Shown here: positions 1 to 8,334 of the stretch, piece after piece
Numbering within the stretch: position 1 is the stretch's first letter
Layout: every line of letters begins with the position of its first letter
Virus genome (UHGV): UHGV-0112447
DNA: 31,432 nucleotides
Reading direction: 5' to 3' (one strand)
Source: a virus
Notes under the pieces: generated by a model
Told to the model about the DNA's origin: nothing
The model's database searches: none
Seen by the model: only the letters and a program-made list of their open reading frames with translations
Made by a program: the position numbers and the translations under genes

Positions 1-1521
1 TATTTCGGCACCATCAAGCCGCCCCGGACTGTAGGGATGACGCCGGAGAGCGGCGCTTTTGTGGATGACAAGGCCGCTAATACCTTCCGGTGGAATATCG
101 AGTACAACAAGGATTACACCGTATCCACGCCGGTCGCGCAGGCGTCGGCGGTGTTTCAGTGGCGGAACGGTTCCTCCGGGACGGTCAACAGCGTCAATGT
201 GTCCGGCGCCGGGCAGAGTGCGGTGATTCCGGCCAATACCTTTCCGGCATCAACGGCGGCGCTGCAATGGCGGATCTCCAGAGTGACGATGGCCGACGGC
301 GCGGTTTGGGAGGCGGACGCGGATTTTTGGATCAATCTGACCACAATCGACAGCCTGTCCACCGCGCAGATTGTGTCGCCCTCCGGCGCTTACCTGACCG
401 GCAACGAGGAAAACACCTTTTCGTGGGAGCATGTCATCGCCACAGGGACGGCGCAGACCAGAGCCGACCTGCAATATTCCGCCGACGCCGGGGAAAGCTG
501 GGAGAGCCTTGCCGCTGTGACAGGCGCGGCACAGAGCGTGATCATTCCGGCGGATACTCTGCCGGGCGGGGCGCTGCTCTGGCGGGTGCGTACCTGCAAT
601 TCGGACGGTACGGCAGGGGAATGGAGCGATCCGGCTTCCATCGTCGTCCACGCGGCTCCCCCTGCGCCTGCGCTGCTGCCGGTTGACCCGGCCCCCCGGC
701 CGGTGCTGAGGTGGCAGTCCGCCGAGCAGCAGGCGTTTGAGGTGCGGGCGGACGGCGTTTCCTCCGGCGCGGTTTTTGGGACGGCAAAGGAGTACCGGAT
801 CACATGCTGGCTCACCGACGGCGCGCATACCCTCGGGGTGAGGGTGCAGTCCTCCCTCGGGCTTTGGAGCGAATGGTCGGAGGTCATGGTCACCGTTTCC
901 AACGTCCCGCCGGGCACCGTCGCGCTGACGGCGCGCGGGGTGGAAAACGGGGCGCGGCTTTCGTGGAAGGCGGCGGGGAGCTTTGATACTTATCTGATTT
1001 ACCGCGACGGCGAGGCCGTCGCGGAGACCGGCGCGGACAGCTGGACCGACTGGTTTTCCAACGGGCGGCACCGCTATGAGGTGCGCGGCGTTTCGGGGGA
1101 GTATTACGCGCTTTCCAATGAGGTTTGGGAATGGTCGGTCTGCCGGTGGGGGGCATTGTCCGGGATTGATTCAATCCAGTGGATTCCGCTGCGGATGCGG
1201 GCGGGGGGAAACCCGTCGCACGACGCCGAAAGCTCACGCACAGTTACCCTGCGGTATTACGACGGGCGCGGCCTGCCGGTGGCGGAGGTATCCGAATTTA
1301 CCGACAGGGCGCACACCCTTGCGTACACCCTGCGGCCAAACGAGCGGCATTTGCTGGTATCAATCCGAGCGCTGCTCGGAAAGATGGTTATCTACAAAAA
1401 CCGGGACGGCGCGCGGGTGATCGGCGTGCTCGGCTCCCTCTCGGAGCAGCAGAGCGGATGGCTCACCGAGCTGACGCTTGCGATCACAGAAACGGATTGG
1501 AGGGAATACGATGCGGATTAA
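1..1521 (+). CDS. C-terminal part of minor tail protein with FN3/Ig-like repeats and probable distal-tail-like C-terminus (starts at 31031)
   Basis: Frame open from base 1; repeated PANTFP/PADTLP and WRVR...GEWS-type beta motifs; directly follows tape measure gene on the circle. Confidence 0.75.
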   Translation, partial: YFGTIKPPRTVGMTPESGAFVDDKAANTFRWNIEYNKDYTVSTPVAQASAVFQWRNGSSGTVNSVNVSGAGQSAVIPANTFPASTAALQWRISRVTMADGAVWEADADFWINLTTIDSLSTAQIVSPSGAYLTGNEENTFSWEHVIATGTAQTRADLQYSADAGESWESLAAVTGAAQSVIIPADTLPGGALLWRVRTCNSDGTAGEWSDPASIVVHAAPPAPALLPVDPAPRPVLRWQSAEQQAFEVRADGVSSGAVFGTAKEYRITCWLTDGAHTLGVRVQSSLGLWSEWSEVMVTVSNVPPGTVALTARGVENGARLSWKAAGSFDTYLIYRDGEAVAETGADSWTDWFSNGRHRYEVRGVSGEYYALSNEVWEWSVCRWGALSGIDSIQWIPLRMRAGGNPSHDAESSRTVTLRYYDGRGLPVAEVSEFTDRAHTLAYTLRPNERHLLVSIRALLGKMVIYKNRDGARVIGVLGSLSEQQSGWLTELTLAITETDWREYDAD

Positions 1522-2536
1522 CGGCGCTTACACCGTATCGGCGCGGCTGGAGGCATGGCGCGGCGGCGCGCTGTACCGGACGCTGCGGGCTGACCGGATC
1601 AGCATCCGCATGTCGGGGGACGCGGAGATCAAAGTGACGCTCTCCTGCCGGATTGATTATGATGGGAGCCTTGATCTGTTGTCTGACCGTCTGCGCCCGT
1701 ATCAGATCATCAACGGCGAGGTTTGGCCGATGGGGGAGTTTATCGTCTCGACCGCCTCTGAGGTCGAGCGGGACGGCGGGCACTGGTGGGAGGTCGAGGC
1801 GTATGACCAAACGCTGTTGCTCCGTCAGGCGACGACCGTCGGGGCGCTGCGCTTTGCGGCGGGGACAACTTACCTTGACGCGGCAAAATCCCTGCTGGCA
1901 GATGTGGGAATCGGGCGGGTGATCGCGTCCCCGTCGTCCCTTGCCATTGCGGAGGATTTGGAGGACTGGGAGATCGGCACAAGCTATCTTTCGATCATCA
2001 ACGATCTGCTCTCGGCAATTGGTTACCGTTCAATCTGGTTCGACCGGGACGGCGCAGCGCGGCTTTCTCCCGCTCCGGCGGCGGTGGTCAAAAATCTCAC
2101 CCGCTCCTACGCGGCGGGAGAGTGGTCCACCCTCGCCGACGGCGTGACGCGGCAGACCGATGCATACGCCGCTTACAATGTATTTACGGCGGTATACTCT
2201 CCGACGGACGGGGAGCCGATGGTGGCGACGGCGGTCAACTCCAACCCGCTCTCCCCGCTTTCTACGGTGCGGCGCGGGAGGCGCATCTGCGCCCCGGTGG
2301 AGGTCGTGGACGACATCGCAAGCCAGGAGGCTTTGCAGGCTTACGCGGACGCGATGCTCTCCGACGCGATGATGGCCGTTGAGACGGTGGAGTTTGAGAC
2401 GGTGCCGGTCCCGTCGCACTGGATCGGGGAGGTTATCGCGCTCTCGGGGCAGATCTACGCGGAGACGGGGTGGGAGATCACGCTCGGCGCGGGCGGGAGC
2501 TACACCCATACGGCGCAAAGGTCGGTGGCGATATGA
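1511..2536 (+). CDS. Baseplate hub/Tal-like minor tail protein
   Basis: ATG at 1511 overlapping upstream gene end; WPMGEF and IWFDRDG motifs; position in tail module. Confidence 0.65.
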   Translation: MRINGAYTVSARLEAWRGGALYRTLRADRISIRMSGDAEIKVTLSCRIDYDGSLDLLSDRLRPYQIINGEVWPMGEFIVSTASEVERDGGHWWEVEAYDQTLLLRQATTVGALRFAAGTTYLDAAKSLLADVGIGRVIASPSSLAIAEDLEDWEIGTSYLSIINDLLSAIGYRSIWFDRDGAARLSPAPAAVVKNLTRSYAAGEWSTLADGVTRQTDAYAAYNVFTAVYSPTDGEPMVATAVNSNPLSPLSTVRRGRRICAPVEVVDDIASQEALQAYADAMLSDAMMAVETVEFETVPVPSHWIGEVIALSGQIYAETGWEITLGAGGSYTHTAQRSVAI

Positions 2537-2784
2537 TCTTAAATTATCAGCAGCAGCAAAAAATCGAGAAGCAGAACGCCGCGCCCGCCGCTTATCAGCT
2601 TGCGACGGTGGCGGGGATTTTTGAGGACGGCCTGACGCTGATTTTTGATGGCGAGGGAGCCGCGCGGATCAAGCACTATCCATGCAACGCGGCGGTTTCA
2701 TTTTCCGCAGGGCAGCGGGTGCGTGTGGAAAAGGTCGGCGGCACTTATGTCGCGGCGTATCCAATCAAAGGAGGGAACACATGA
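2533..2784 (+). CDS. Small baseplate/tail-tip protein, OB-fold-like
   Basis: ATGA overlap with upstream stop; GQRVRVEKVGGTYV motif; synteny. Confidence 0.55.
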   Translation: MILNYQQQQKIEKQNAAPAAYQLATVAGIFEDGLTLIFDGEGAARIKHYPCNAAVSFSAGQRVRVEKVGGTYVAAYPIKGGNT

Positions 2785-4223
2785 TTACCTTATCGACAGA
2801 TGGCAAGACGATTGACACCGGACCGGCCGCGCGGCTGATCACCGAAGGGGAGAAAAACGCCGATGTGATCCAAATCGAGATGCCGGTGAGATATGGCACA
2901 CTCGATTTGGCGGCGCTCACCTGGGTGCTGGCCGGAGTGACCGACCGGGAGACGCGGGTGGAGCAGGAGCTGGCCAAGGATACCTCCGGCGGGCTGACGC
3001 TGCAATGGACGGTCACTGGGGACTGGGCGGCGGTTCCCGGCAGGATGCGGCTGGAGCTTTCCGGCATTTCGGCGGATGGCGCAGCGGTGATCAAGTTTAC
3101 CGGAAATCCGATCGAGGTGCGTCCGGCGGCGGAAATATACGGCCTCCCGCGCCCTGAGCTGTCCGAACAGTATCTTGAAACGATGCGTGAACTGGTCGAA
3201 CAGGCGCGGGAGGCCGCCGATGCTCTGGCAAACGCGGGGCTTAAAATCCTCGGGTATTATGACAGCCTGACCGCGCTGGCCGAAGCGGTGACAAATCCGC
3301 AGATCGGTGATCTGTATGGGGTGGGGCCAAGCGGCGAGATGTATGCCTATGTCTGGGACGGGGAGAAATGGGCAAAGGGGCAGACCCTTTCTGCCGCCGC
3401 AGGCGCGGTCTCAAGCGTATTCGGCAGGGCAGGGAATGTGACCGCGCAGGCCGGGGACTATACCGCCGCGCAGGTGGGGGCGAGGCCGGACAGTTGGATG
3501 CCGACCGCCGCTGACGTGGGGGCGGTGGACGGAGCAACCGGTCATGGCAGCGCGGTGCGCATCAGCAACCGGAATCTGCTCGATAACGGGGATTTCCGCA
3601 ATCCGGTAAATCAGAGGGGACAGACGAGCTATACAGGAAACGGGTACGGGATTGACAGGTGGAAGGTCAGCACCAACAACAGCACTGCTGCGGTTTCTGT
3701 AGGAGACAGATGGATTAATTTTACGTCAGATGCCAGCGGCACCTATATCAACTTTTCGAGCACTGTGGAAAAGGTTCAGCCCGGAAATTACACCCTGTCT
3801 TTTCTCGTAGATGATTATACAAAGGCACAACAGATTTTTTTACAGGGAAAGGTTAGCCAAATGGTTTTTACTTCGAACCTGCTGACCATGACTTTTTCGG
3901 TTGCCGAAACCTCCGCGATCGCAGTTGGAATCCAGAAAAAAGCGGCAAGCAGTACGCTGAAAATCTACGCCGCCAAGCTGGAACTCGGTTCCGTTCAGAC
4001 GCTGGCCCATCAGGAAAACGGTGTGTGGGTTTTAAACGATCCGCTGCCGAATTACGCGGAGGAGCTGGCGAAGTGTCAGAGATACTATCAGCTCTATACC
4101 TCCACAGCGCAGCGGCCAACGAATGGCGCGGATTGCAGACCTGTCATGCGCATTGCCAACCCAAGCCAGGGGACAATCGCAATAAGCGGTACCACCTATT
4201 ACTTCAACGACGCCAACCTGTAG
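2781..4223 (+). CDS. Tail fibre/receptor-binding protein with BppU-like N-terminus
   Basis: GGAGG RBS before ATG 2781; VSSVFGRAGNV and TAADVGA fibre motifs; NRNLLDNGDF...IDRW and EELAKCQRYY motifs. Confidence 0.75.
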   Translation: MITLSTDGKTIDTGPAARLITEGEKNADVIQIEMPVRYGTLDLAALTWVLAGVTDRETRVEQELAKDTSGGLTLQWTVTGDWAAVPGRMRLELSGISADGAAVIKFTGNPIEVRPAAEIYGLPRPELSEQYLETMRELVEQAREAADALANAGLKILGYYDSLTALAEAVTNPQIGDLYGVGPSGEMYAYVWDGEKWAKGQTLSAAAGAVSSVFGRAGNVTAQAGDYTAAQVGARPDSWMPTAADVGAVDGATGHGSAVRISNRNLLDNGDFRNPVNQRGQTSYTGNGYGIDRWKVSTNNSTAAVSVGDRWINFTSDASGTYINFSSTVEKVQPGNYTLSFLVDDYTKAQQIFLQGKVSQMVFTSNLLTMTFSVAETSAIAVGIQKKAASSTLKIYAAKLELGSVQTLAHQENGVWVLNDPLPNYAEELAKCQRYYQLYTSTAQRPTNGADCRPVMRIANPSQGTIAISGTTYYFNDANL

Positions 4224-4236
4224 GGAGGGAAAACGT

Positions 4237-4656
4237 ATGGAAGGAAACAGGCACTATCTTTTGACTGATGATGCAGGGCGCATCCTTGCGGGATGGTCGG
4301 ACGGGCCGTTCCCTGATCGGGATACTTCCGGGGCGGTTTTGCTGCGGGAGGATGGCGGCTATCAGTTTCGGCTTTTTCCGGGCGGGGAGGAAAACCCGCC
4401 CCTGACGGATGAGACCGGCGCGCATCTCTGGCGCTATGAGAATGGACAGGTGCGGGCGGGCACCGCCGGGGAGCTTGCGGCAGAGAGGGCGGAGATTGAG
4501 GCGAACACCCCGCCGCCCGCGCCGACTGACGCACAGCGGATCGCGGAGCTGGCGGAAGAAAACCGCGTGCTGAAAGGTCAGGTAGCCGCATCGCAGGAAA
4601 ACGCAGTCATTTTGGAGGAATGCCTTGTAGAGATGGCGGGCGTCGTTTATGCGTAG
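4237..4656 (+). CDS. Tail fibre-associated protein
   Basis: GGAGG RBS; follows fibre gene; PPPAPT linker then coiled coil. Confidence 0.55.
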   Translation: MEGNRHYLLTDDAGRILAGWSDGPFPDRDTSGAVLLREDGGYQFRLFPGGEENPPLTDETGAHLWRYENGQVRAGTAGELAAERAEIEANTPPPAPTDAQRIAELAEENRVLKGQVAASQENAVILEECLVEMAGVVYA

Positions 4657-4867
4657 GCTGATCGAATTTTTAAAACAACAAGCAGAAAGGATGGCAATTA
4701 TGATGAGTATGTTATTTGCGTGCAGGCTGGTAGACGGGAGGACCGCTTCGTTTGATCTGATTCCGGCAAAACTCAAGGCGCAGGTGGCCGAGATTGTAAT
4801 CGGGGATTTCGGCCTGCCAGAGCTGGTGCCGGTGGAATTCGGCGGGACGATGGGGGCGGGGGCTTAA
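4649..4867 (+). CDS. Small XkdX/CD1375-like protein (start possibly 4700)
   Basis: FDLIPAKLKAQV motif; between fibre and lysis genes. Confidence 0.5.
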   Translation: MRRLIEFLKQQAERMAIMMSMLFACRLVDGRTASFDLIPAKLKAQVAEIVIGDFGLPELVPVEFGGTMGAGA

Positions 4868-4891
4868 AGCCCTCGCCGGGGAGGATAGCCG

Positions 4892-5182
4892 ATGGATGAT
4901 ATCGAGCGCACTGTGATCGAGCTGGACCAGCGCAGCAAATCCAATACAAAGCGGCTGGACAGGCTCGAAAAGACCACCGAGGCGGTGCAGGAGCTTGCGA
5001 CCTCGGTCAAGCTCATGGCGCAGAACCTTGAGCGGATGAACGAGGAACTTGAAAAGCAGGGCCAGAGGCTTGAAAAGCTCGAGCAGCAGCCCGCCGACCG
5101 GTGGAATACGATCATCAAAACCATGCTGACCGCGGTTGTCTCGGCGCTGGCCGGAGGCTTTGCGGCGATGCTGATCAAATAG
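4892..5182 (+). CDS. XhlA-like coiled-coil membrane protein of the lysis module
   Basis: GGAGG RBS; coiled coil plus C-terminal hydrophobic helix. Confidence 0.65.
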   Translation: MDDIERTVIELDQRSKSNTKRLDRLEKTTEAVQELATSVKLMAQNLERMNEELEKQGQRLEKLEQQPADRWNTIIKTMLTAVVSALAGGFAAMLIK

Positions 5183-5195
5183 GGGGAAATCTCAT

Positions 5196-5525
5196 ATGCT
5201 GACGGAATTTATCAATACCTACGGCGTGACGATCCTGTACGCGGTATTGACCGGCGTGTTTGGCTGGATTGGCATCCAGCTCAAGGCGCTGGCCGAGAAG
5301 TACATCAACACCAAGGAAAAGCAGGCGGTCTGCAAGACCGTCGTAGCGGCGGTCAATCAGATCTACTACGATCTGGACGGGCCGGAGAAATTGCAGAAAG
5401 CAATTGAATCTGCCTCGGAGATGCTGGCGGCGAAGGGCATCACCGTCACAGAACTGGAACTGCGGATGCTGCTGGAGGCCGCCGTCAATGCGGCGAAGGG
5501 AGGCACTGCCGATGCTGTCGCCTGA
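5196..5525 (+). CDS. Holin, LL-H-like
   Basis: N-terminal transmembrane helix; GPEKL and LEAAV motifs; upstream of endolysin. Confidence 0.75.
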   Translation: MLTEFINTYGVTILYAVLTGVFGWIGIQLKALAEKYINTKEKQAVCKTVVAAVNQIYYDLDGPEKLQKAIESASEMLAAKGITVTELELRMLLEAAVNAAKGGTADAVA

Positions 5526-6291
5526 TTGCGTGAAGCGGTTTGCCGTCGGGGGCAAAATGCTCACGATCAACGAAAAGATCATCCCGGACGGCGCGAGAGC
5601 CGCGAAGGACGTCGCGAGCTGGTGCAAAAAGGGACAGCCTATGAAGCCCTGCCGGAAGATGCTAATCAAGGGCGTGACGGTCCACAACACCGGCGACCTC
5701 GCCAACGTGGATGACGACGCGGAGCAGTACACCCGCGCCACCCTCAACGGCAATATGGGCGGGGTGGCCGTGCATTACTACGTGGATGACAGGGCTATCT
5801 GGCAGAATCTCCGGGAGGACGAGCAGGGCTGGCACGCGGCGGACGGCTTCGGGCCGGGCAACACCACTACGATTGCCATTGAGTGCATTATGTCCGGCAG
5901 GGGGGACGCGGCGGACAGGGCGGCTGAGGAAAACGCGGCCCGGCTCGCGGCGTACCTGCTCATGAAGTACAGCCTCGGGATTGACAGGCTCTACACCCAC
6001 AACCATTGGATGGGACAGCCGGACAGGATCGTACCGGGGGTGCGCAAAAACTGCCCGATCTACATCCTGCCGCACTGGGAGAGCTTTCGGGTGCGAGTTG
6101 CGGCGCTGATGGGCGAAAGCAGGACGCCATATCTGGTGCGGCTCAAGGACACTGAAATCCTCGATGCGACGGGCAAGGGCGCCGGGGCCAAGATCAGCGG
6201 CGTTTACACCATCACCGAGGAAAAAGACGGGCGCGGGCGCTTGAAGAGCGGCGCGGGGTGGGTTGATCTGAAACAGGCTAAACGGGTCTGA
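5512..6291 (+). CDS. Endolysin, N-acetylmuramoyl-L-alanine amidase (Amidase_2) with short SH3-like C-terminus
   Basis: VTVHNT, VHYYVD, GWHAADG, IAIE, THNHW and KNCP motifs; GRLKSGAGWV tail; GGAGG RBS before ATG 5512. Confidence 0.9.
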   Translation: MLSPDCVKRFAVGGKMLTINEKIIPDGARAAKDVASWCKKGQPMKPCRKMLIKGVTVHNTGDLANVDDDAEQYTRATLNGNMGGVAVHYYVDDRAIWQNLREDEQGWHAADGFGPGNTTTIAIECIMSGRGDAADRAAEENAARLAAYLLMKYSLGIDRLYTHNHWMGQPDRIVPGVRKNCPIYILPHWESFRVRVAALMGESRTPYLVRLKDTEILDATGKGAGAKISGVYTITEEKDGRGRLKSGAGWVDLKQAKRV

Positions 6292-6297
6292 AAAGGG

Positions 6298-6330
6298 AAA
6301 GCGGGAGCTTCGGCTCCCGCTTTTTTGTTT
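6298..6330 (+). terminator. Rho-independent terminator ending the late operon
   Basis: GCGGGAGC-TTCG-GCTCCCGC followed by TTTTTT. Confidence 0.9.
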
Positions 6331-6389
6331 TGTCAATAATTTTGCTTTATTTTTGTGCAAAATTTTCTAAAAAATATTTTATAATACTA

Positions 6390-6417
6390 TTGACTTATAA
6401 TACAATTGTGATATAAT
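6390..6417 (+). promoter_or_regulatory. Sigma-A promoter of accessory cassette
   Basis: TTGACT-16 nt-TATAAT with extended TG; AT-rich upstream element. Confidence 0.75.
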
Positions 6418-6457
6418 ATAGACATAAACAAACAACAGGAAACAGGAGGAAACTGCA

Positions 6458-6670
6458 ATGGCAAAAAACTATTACGCACTCTACGCACCTTACGGAATCC
6501 AAACCCTATACAATGATTGCCACTGGCCAACCGTCCACGTATTTACCAGCAAAAAGGCACGAGACCAATGGGTATGGGAGGATGAAATATTAAACCGGGA
6601 ACCCGTCTCCGCCTCGGAGGCCCGCAAGTACCGGGACCCGCATCAGGACGTAATCCACAAGGAGGGATGA
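6458..6670 (+). CDS. Hypothetical 70-aa accessory protein
   Basis: AGGAGG RBS, directly downstream of the promoter. Confidence 0.75.
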   Translation: MAKNYYALYAPYGIQTLYNDCHWPTVHVFTSKKARDQWVWEDEILNREPVSASEARKYRDPHQDVIHKEG

Positions 6671-6673
6671 CCG

Positions 6674-6958
6674 ATGAAACGATACCCGGACTGCCAAAAC
6701 GAGGGATGTGACGACTGTGCCGCCTGCTCCCTCTCCAATTACGGGAGGGACTGCCGCAACAATCCCTGCAACCAGCTCGCCTATCTGCGGACCAGAGCGG
6801 GGATGACGCAGGCCCAGCTCGCGGAAAAAACCGGGAAGCATGTGATGTATATCTCCAAGCTGGAGCGCGGCGACCGGCAGATCTCCGGGATCTCATTGGA
6901 GACGGCGATTGCGTTTGCCGACGCGCTGGGGGTAAATGATCTGAGGGAGTTGCTATAA
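6674..6958 (+). CDS. XRE-family HTH regulator with Cys-rich N-terminus
   Basis: GMTQAQLAEKTG...ISKLERG HTH; six Cys in the first 31 aa. Confidence 0.85.
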   Translation: MKRYPDCQNEGCDDCAACSLSNYGRDCRNNPCNQLAYLRTRAGMTQAQLAEKTGKHVMYISKLERGDRQISGISLETAIAFADALGVNDLRELL

Positions 6959-7010
6959 CGTCAGCTGCTGCCCGTTTCGCTCTCGCTGAAGGAGCGGATA
7001 GAAGGTAGGA

Positions 7011-7030
7011 TACACAGCAATTACACAGCA
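7011..7030. repeat. Direct repeat TACACAGCA x2, candidate integrase arm-type site
   Basis: Copies at 7011-7019 and 7022-7030, between lysis and immunity regions where attP usually lies. Confidence 0.5.
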
Positions 7031-7155
7031 TATAGATTTTTAGCGATATCTATCATACTATATATAGAGTTTCGAGCATTTCTATCCTTACCGGCCGATT
7101 CCATTAGCCGCCGTAAATTGGCGGCCATAACCGTTCTATTTCCTAAGTCAGACAT
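7021..7155 (-). pseudogene. Truncated CI-like repressor
   Basis: GGAGG RBS; MSDLGNRTVMAANLRRLMESAGKDRN resembles helix 1 of Firmicute phage XRE repressors; HTH core missing; divergent from cro-like gene. Confidence 0.75.
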
Positions 7156-7174
7156 GTTATCTCCTCCTGAATTG

Positions 7175-7261
7175 ATATTACGACAAAACCAAAAAAAAGT
7201 CAAATATTTTTACGTTTTTTCCGTAAAATATCTTGACATTACGATTTAATCGTTATATTAT
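7175..7261. promoter_or_regulatory. Divergent switch promoters with operators
   Basis: Rightward TTGACA(7233)-17-TATTAT(7256); leftward TTGACT(7203)-17-TAATAT; TTACG-N7-CGT motifs at about 7210 and 7239. Confidence 0.8.
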
Positions 7262-7281
7262 AGAGACAAGGAGGTGATAGC

Positions 7282-7476
7282 GTGAGCAAAATGACTTTAA
7301 AAGCCGCTCGCATCAATCGAAATCTTACAGCAAAAGAAGCTGCGGAAAAGCTTGGAATATCGGTAGAAACCTTGTCAAATTGGGAAAAAGGCGAAACATA
7401 TCCCGATATTCCTAAGCTGAAAAGGATCGAAACAGTTTATCAAGTAGGCTATAACGATCTTATTTTTTTAATGTAA
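7282..7476 (+). CDS. Cro-like XRE HTH protein
   Basis: AAGGAGGTG RBS; AAEKLGISVETLSNWEKGETYP HTH. Confidence 0.9.
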   Translation: MSKMTLKAARINRNLTAKEAAEKLGISVETLSNWEKGETYPDIPKLKRIETVYQVGYNDLIFLM

Positions 7477-7498
7477 ATTTACGATTTAATCGTAAATT
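7476..7498. promoter_or_regulatory. 23-bp palindromic operator downstream of the cro-like gene
   Basis: AATTTACGATT-T-AATCGTAAATT; same core as the rightward promoter spacer. Confidence 0.75.
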
Positions 7499-7502
7499 GG
7501 GT

Positions 7503-7592
7503 AAGAAGGTGCTCGTCGGAAAGAACAGAAATCCCAAGATCATGGCCAGCATCGAGAAAATTATAGGGTTGGCCGACGTCCACACGAACTAG
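7503..7592 (+). pseudogene. Possible C-terminal remnant of a different Cro-like protein
   Basis: KKVLVGKNRNPKIMASIEKIIGL...stop with no clear RBS/start. Confidence 0.4.
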
Positions 7593-7610
7593 GAAAGGAG
7601 AGGGAAAAGA

Positions 7611-7772
7611 ATGAATGCAAAAATCATAATCAGCAATCTGGGCGCGTCTGAAAAGACGGCTCGGGAGATTCTTGAGCACGTGGAGACAATCAAAAAGCTG
7701 CAACGTGATGCGGCGTGGAACGCTGCGACAGTGGAAATCGTGTTAAAAGAAGAAGCTGCCAGCGGCAACTGA
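7611..7772 (+). CDS. Hypothetical 53-aa protein (not in ORF track)
   Basis: AGGAGAGGG RBS; MNAKIIISNLG...EAASGN. Confidence 0.6.
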   Translation: MNAKIIISNLGASEKTAREILEHVETIKKLQRDAAWNAATVEIVLKEEAASGN

Positions 7773-7779
7773 CAGCTTC
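7745..7779 (-). terminator. Terminator for the counter-oriented gene
   Basis: GAAGCTG...CAGCTTC stem followed by a T-rich tract on the minus strand. Confidence 0.55.
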
Positions 7780-7788
7780 CCGGAATGG

Positions 7789-7983
7789 TTATCGGGCAGT
7801 TTTCAAGTAAGCAATAATCTCCTTACGGAATTCGCCTAATGCATAAAAGGTCTGTCGTGCGAGTTCGGAAATATCTTCTTTCGCGGCGGGTGTTTGATCT
7901 CCATCGTGATAGTTGAGCTGTATCTCGCTTGCGAAATCCATCACGATTTTGTCGAGCTTTTTATCCAGAGTATTGATATCCAA
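7789..7983 (-). CDS. Counter-oriented 64-aa hypothetical protein
   Basis: AAAGGAGGTG RBS, TTG start; own promoter TTGCTC-17-TAGACT at 8035-8007. Confidence 0.7.
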   Translation of the reverse strand: MDINTLDKKLDKIVMDFASEIQLNYHDGDQTPAAKEDISELARQTFYALGEFRKEIIAYLKTAR

Positions 7984-8100
7984 CTTGATCACCTCCTTTC
8001 GCCCAAAGTCTACCACGCCGGGCAGGGGAGAGCAAGGAAAAAACATATTCCGCGCGGCTCTGGCGAGAGCGGCCGCGCGAACCAAGAAAGGAGGGCGTCC

Positions 8101-8334
8101 ATGACGCTCAAAGAATTGGAAGATCTGCCAGAGGAAATGCTCACCGTAGATCAGATCGCGGAAGTGATCGGGTCAAAACCGCACAGCATCCGAATTCAGG
8201 CGCAGAACAACCCGGACAAACTGGGGTTCCCGGTGATCGTGTCCGGGACGCGAGTGAGAATTCCAAAGGCCGGCTTCCTTTATTTTTGCCGGTTTGGGAG
8301 GCCGATTGAAACAGGAAGGAAGGAAACCGCATGA
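8101..8334 (+). CDS. Excisionase-like DNA-binding protein
   Basis: AGGAGG RBS; MLTVDQIAEVIG...GTRVRIPK winged-helix pattern. Confidence 0.65.
   Translation: MTLKELEDLPEEMLTVDQIAEVIGSKPHSIRIQAQNNPDKLGFPVIVSGTRVRIPKAGFLYFCRFGRPIETGRKETA

Noticed and set aside
4080..4223. Diversity-generating retroelement variable region at the fibre C-terminus
   Set aside because: No reverse transcriptase and no second template copy seen in the genome
7048..7075. dif-like site (TATATA spacer) allowing XerCD integration without an integrase
   Set aside because: Only one arm is weakly similar to the Firmicute XerD arm and the other does not match; expected by chance in AT-rich DNA
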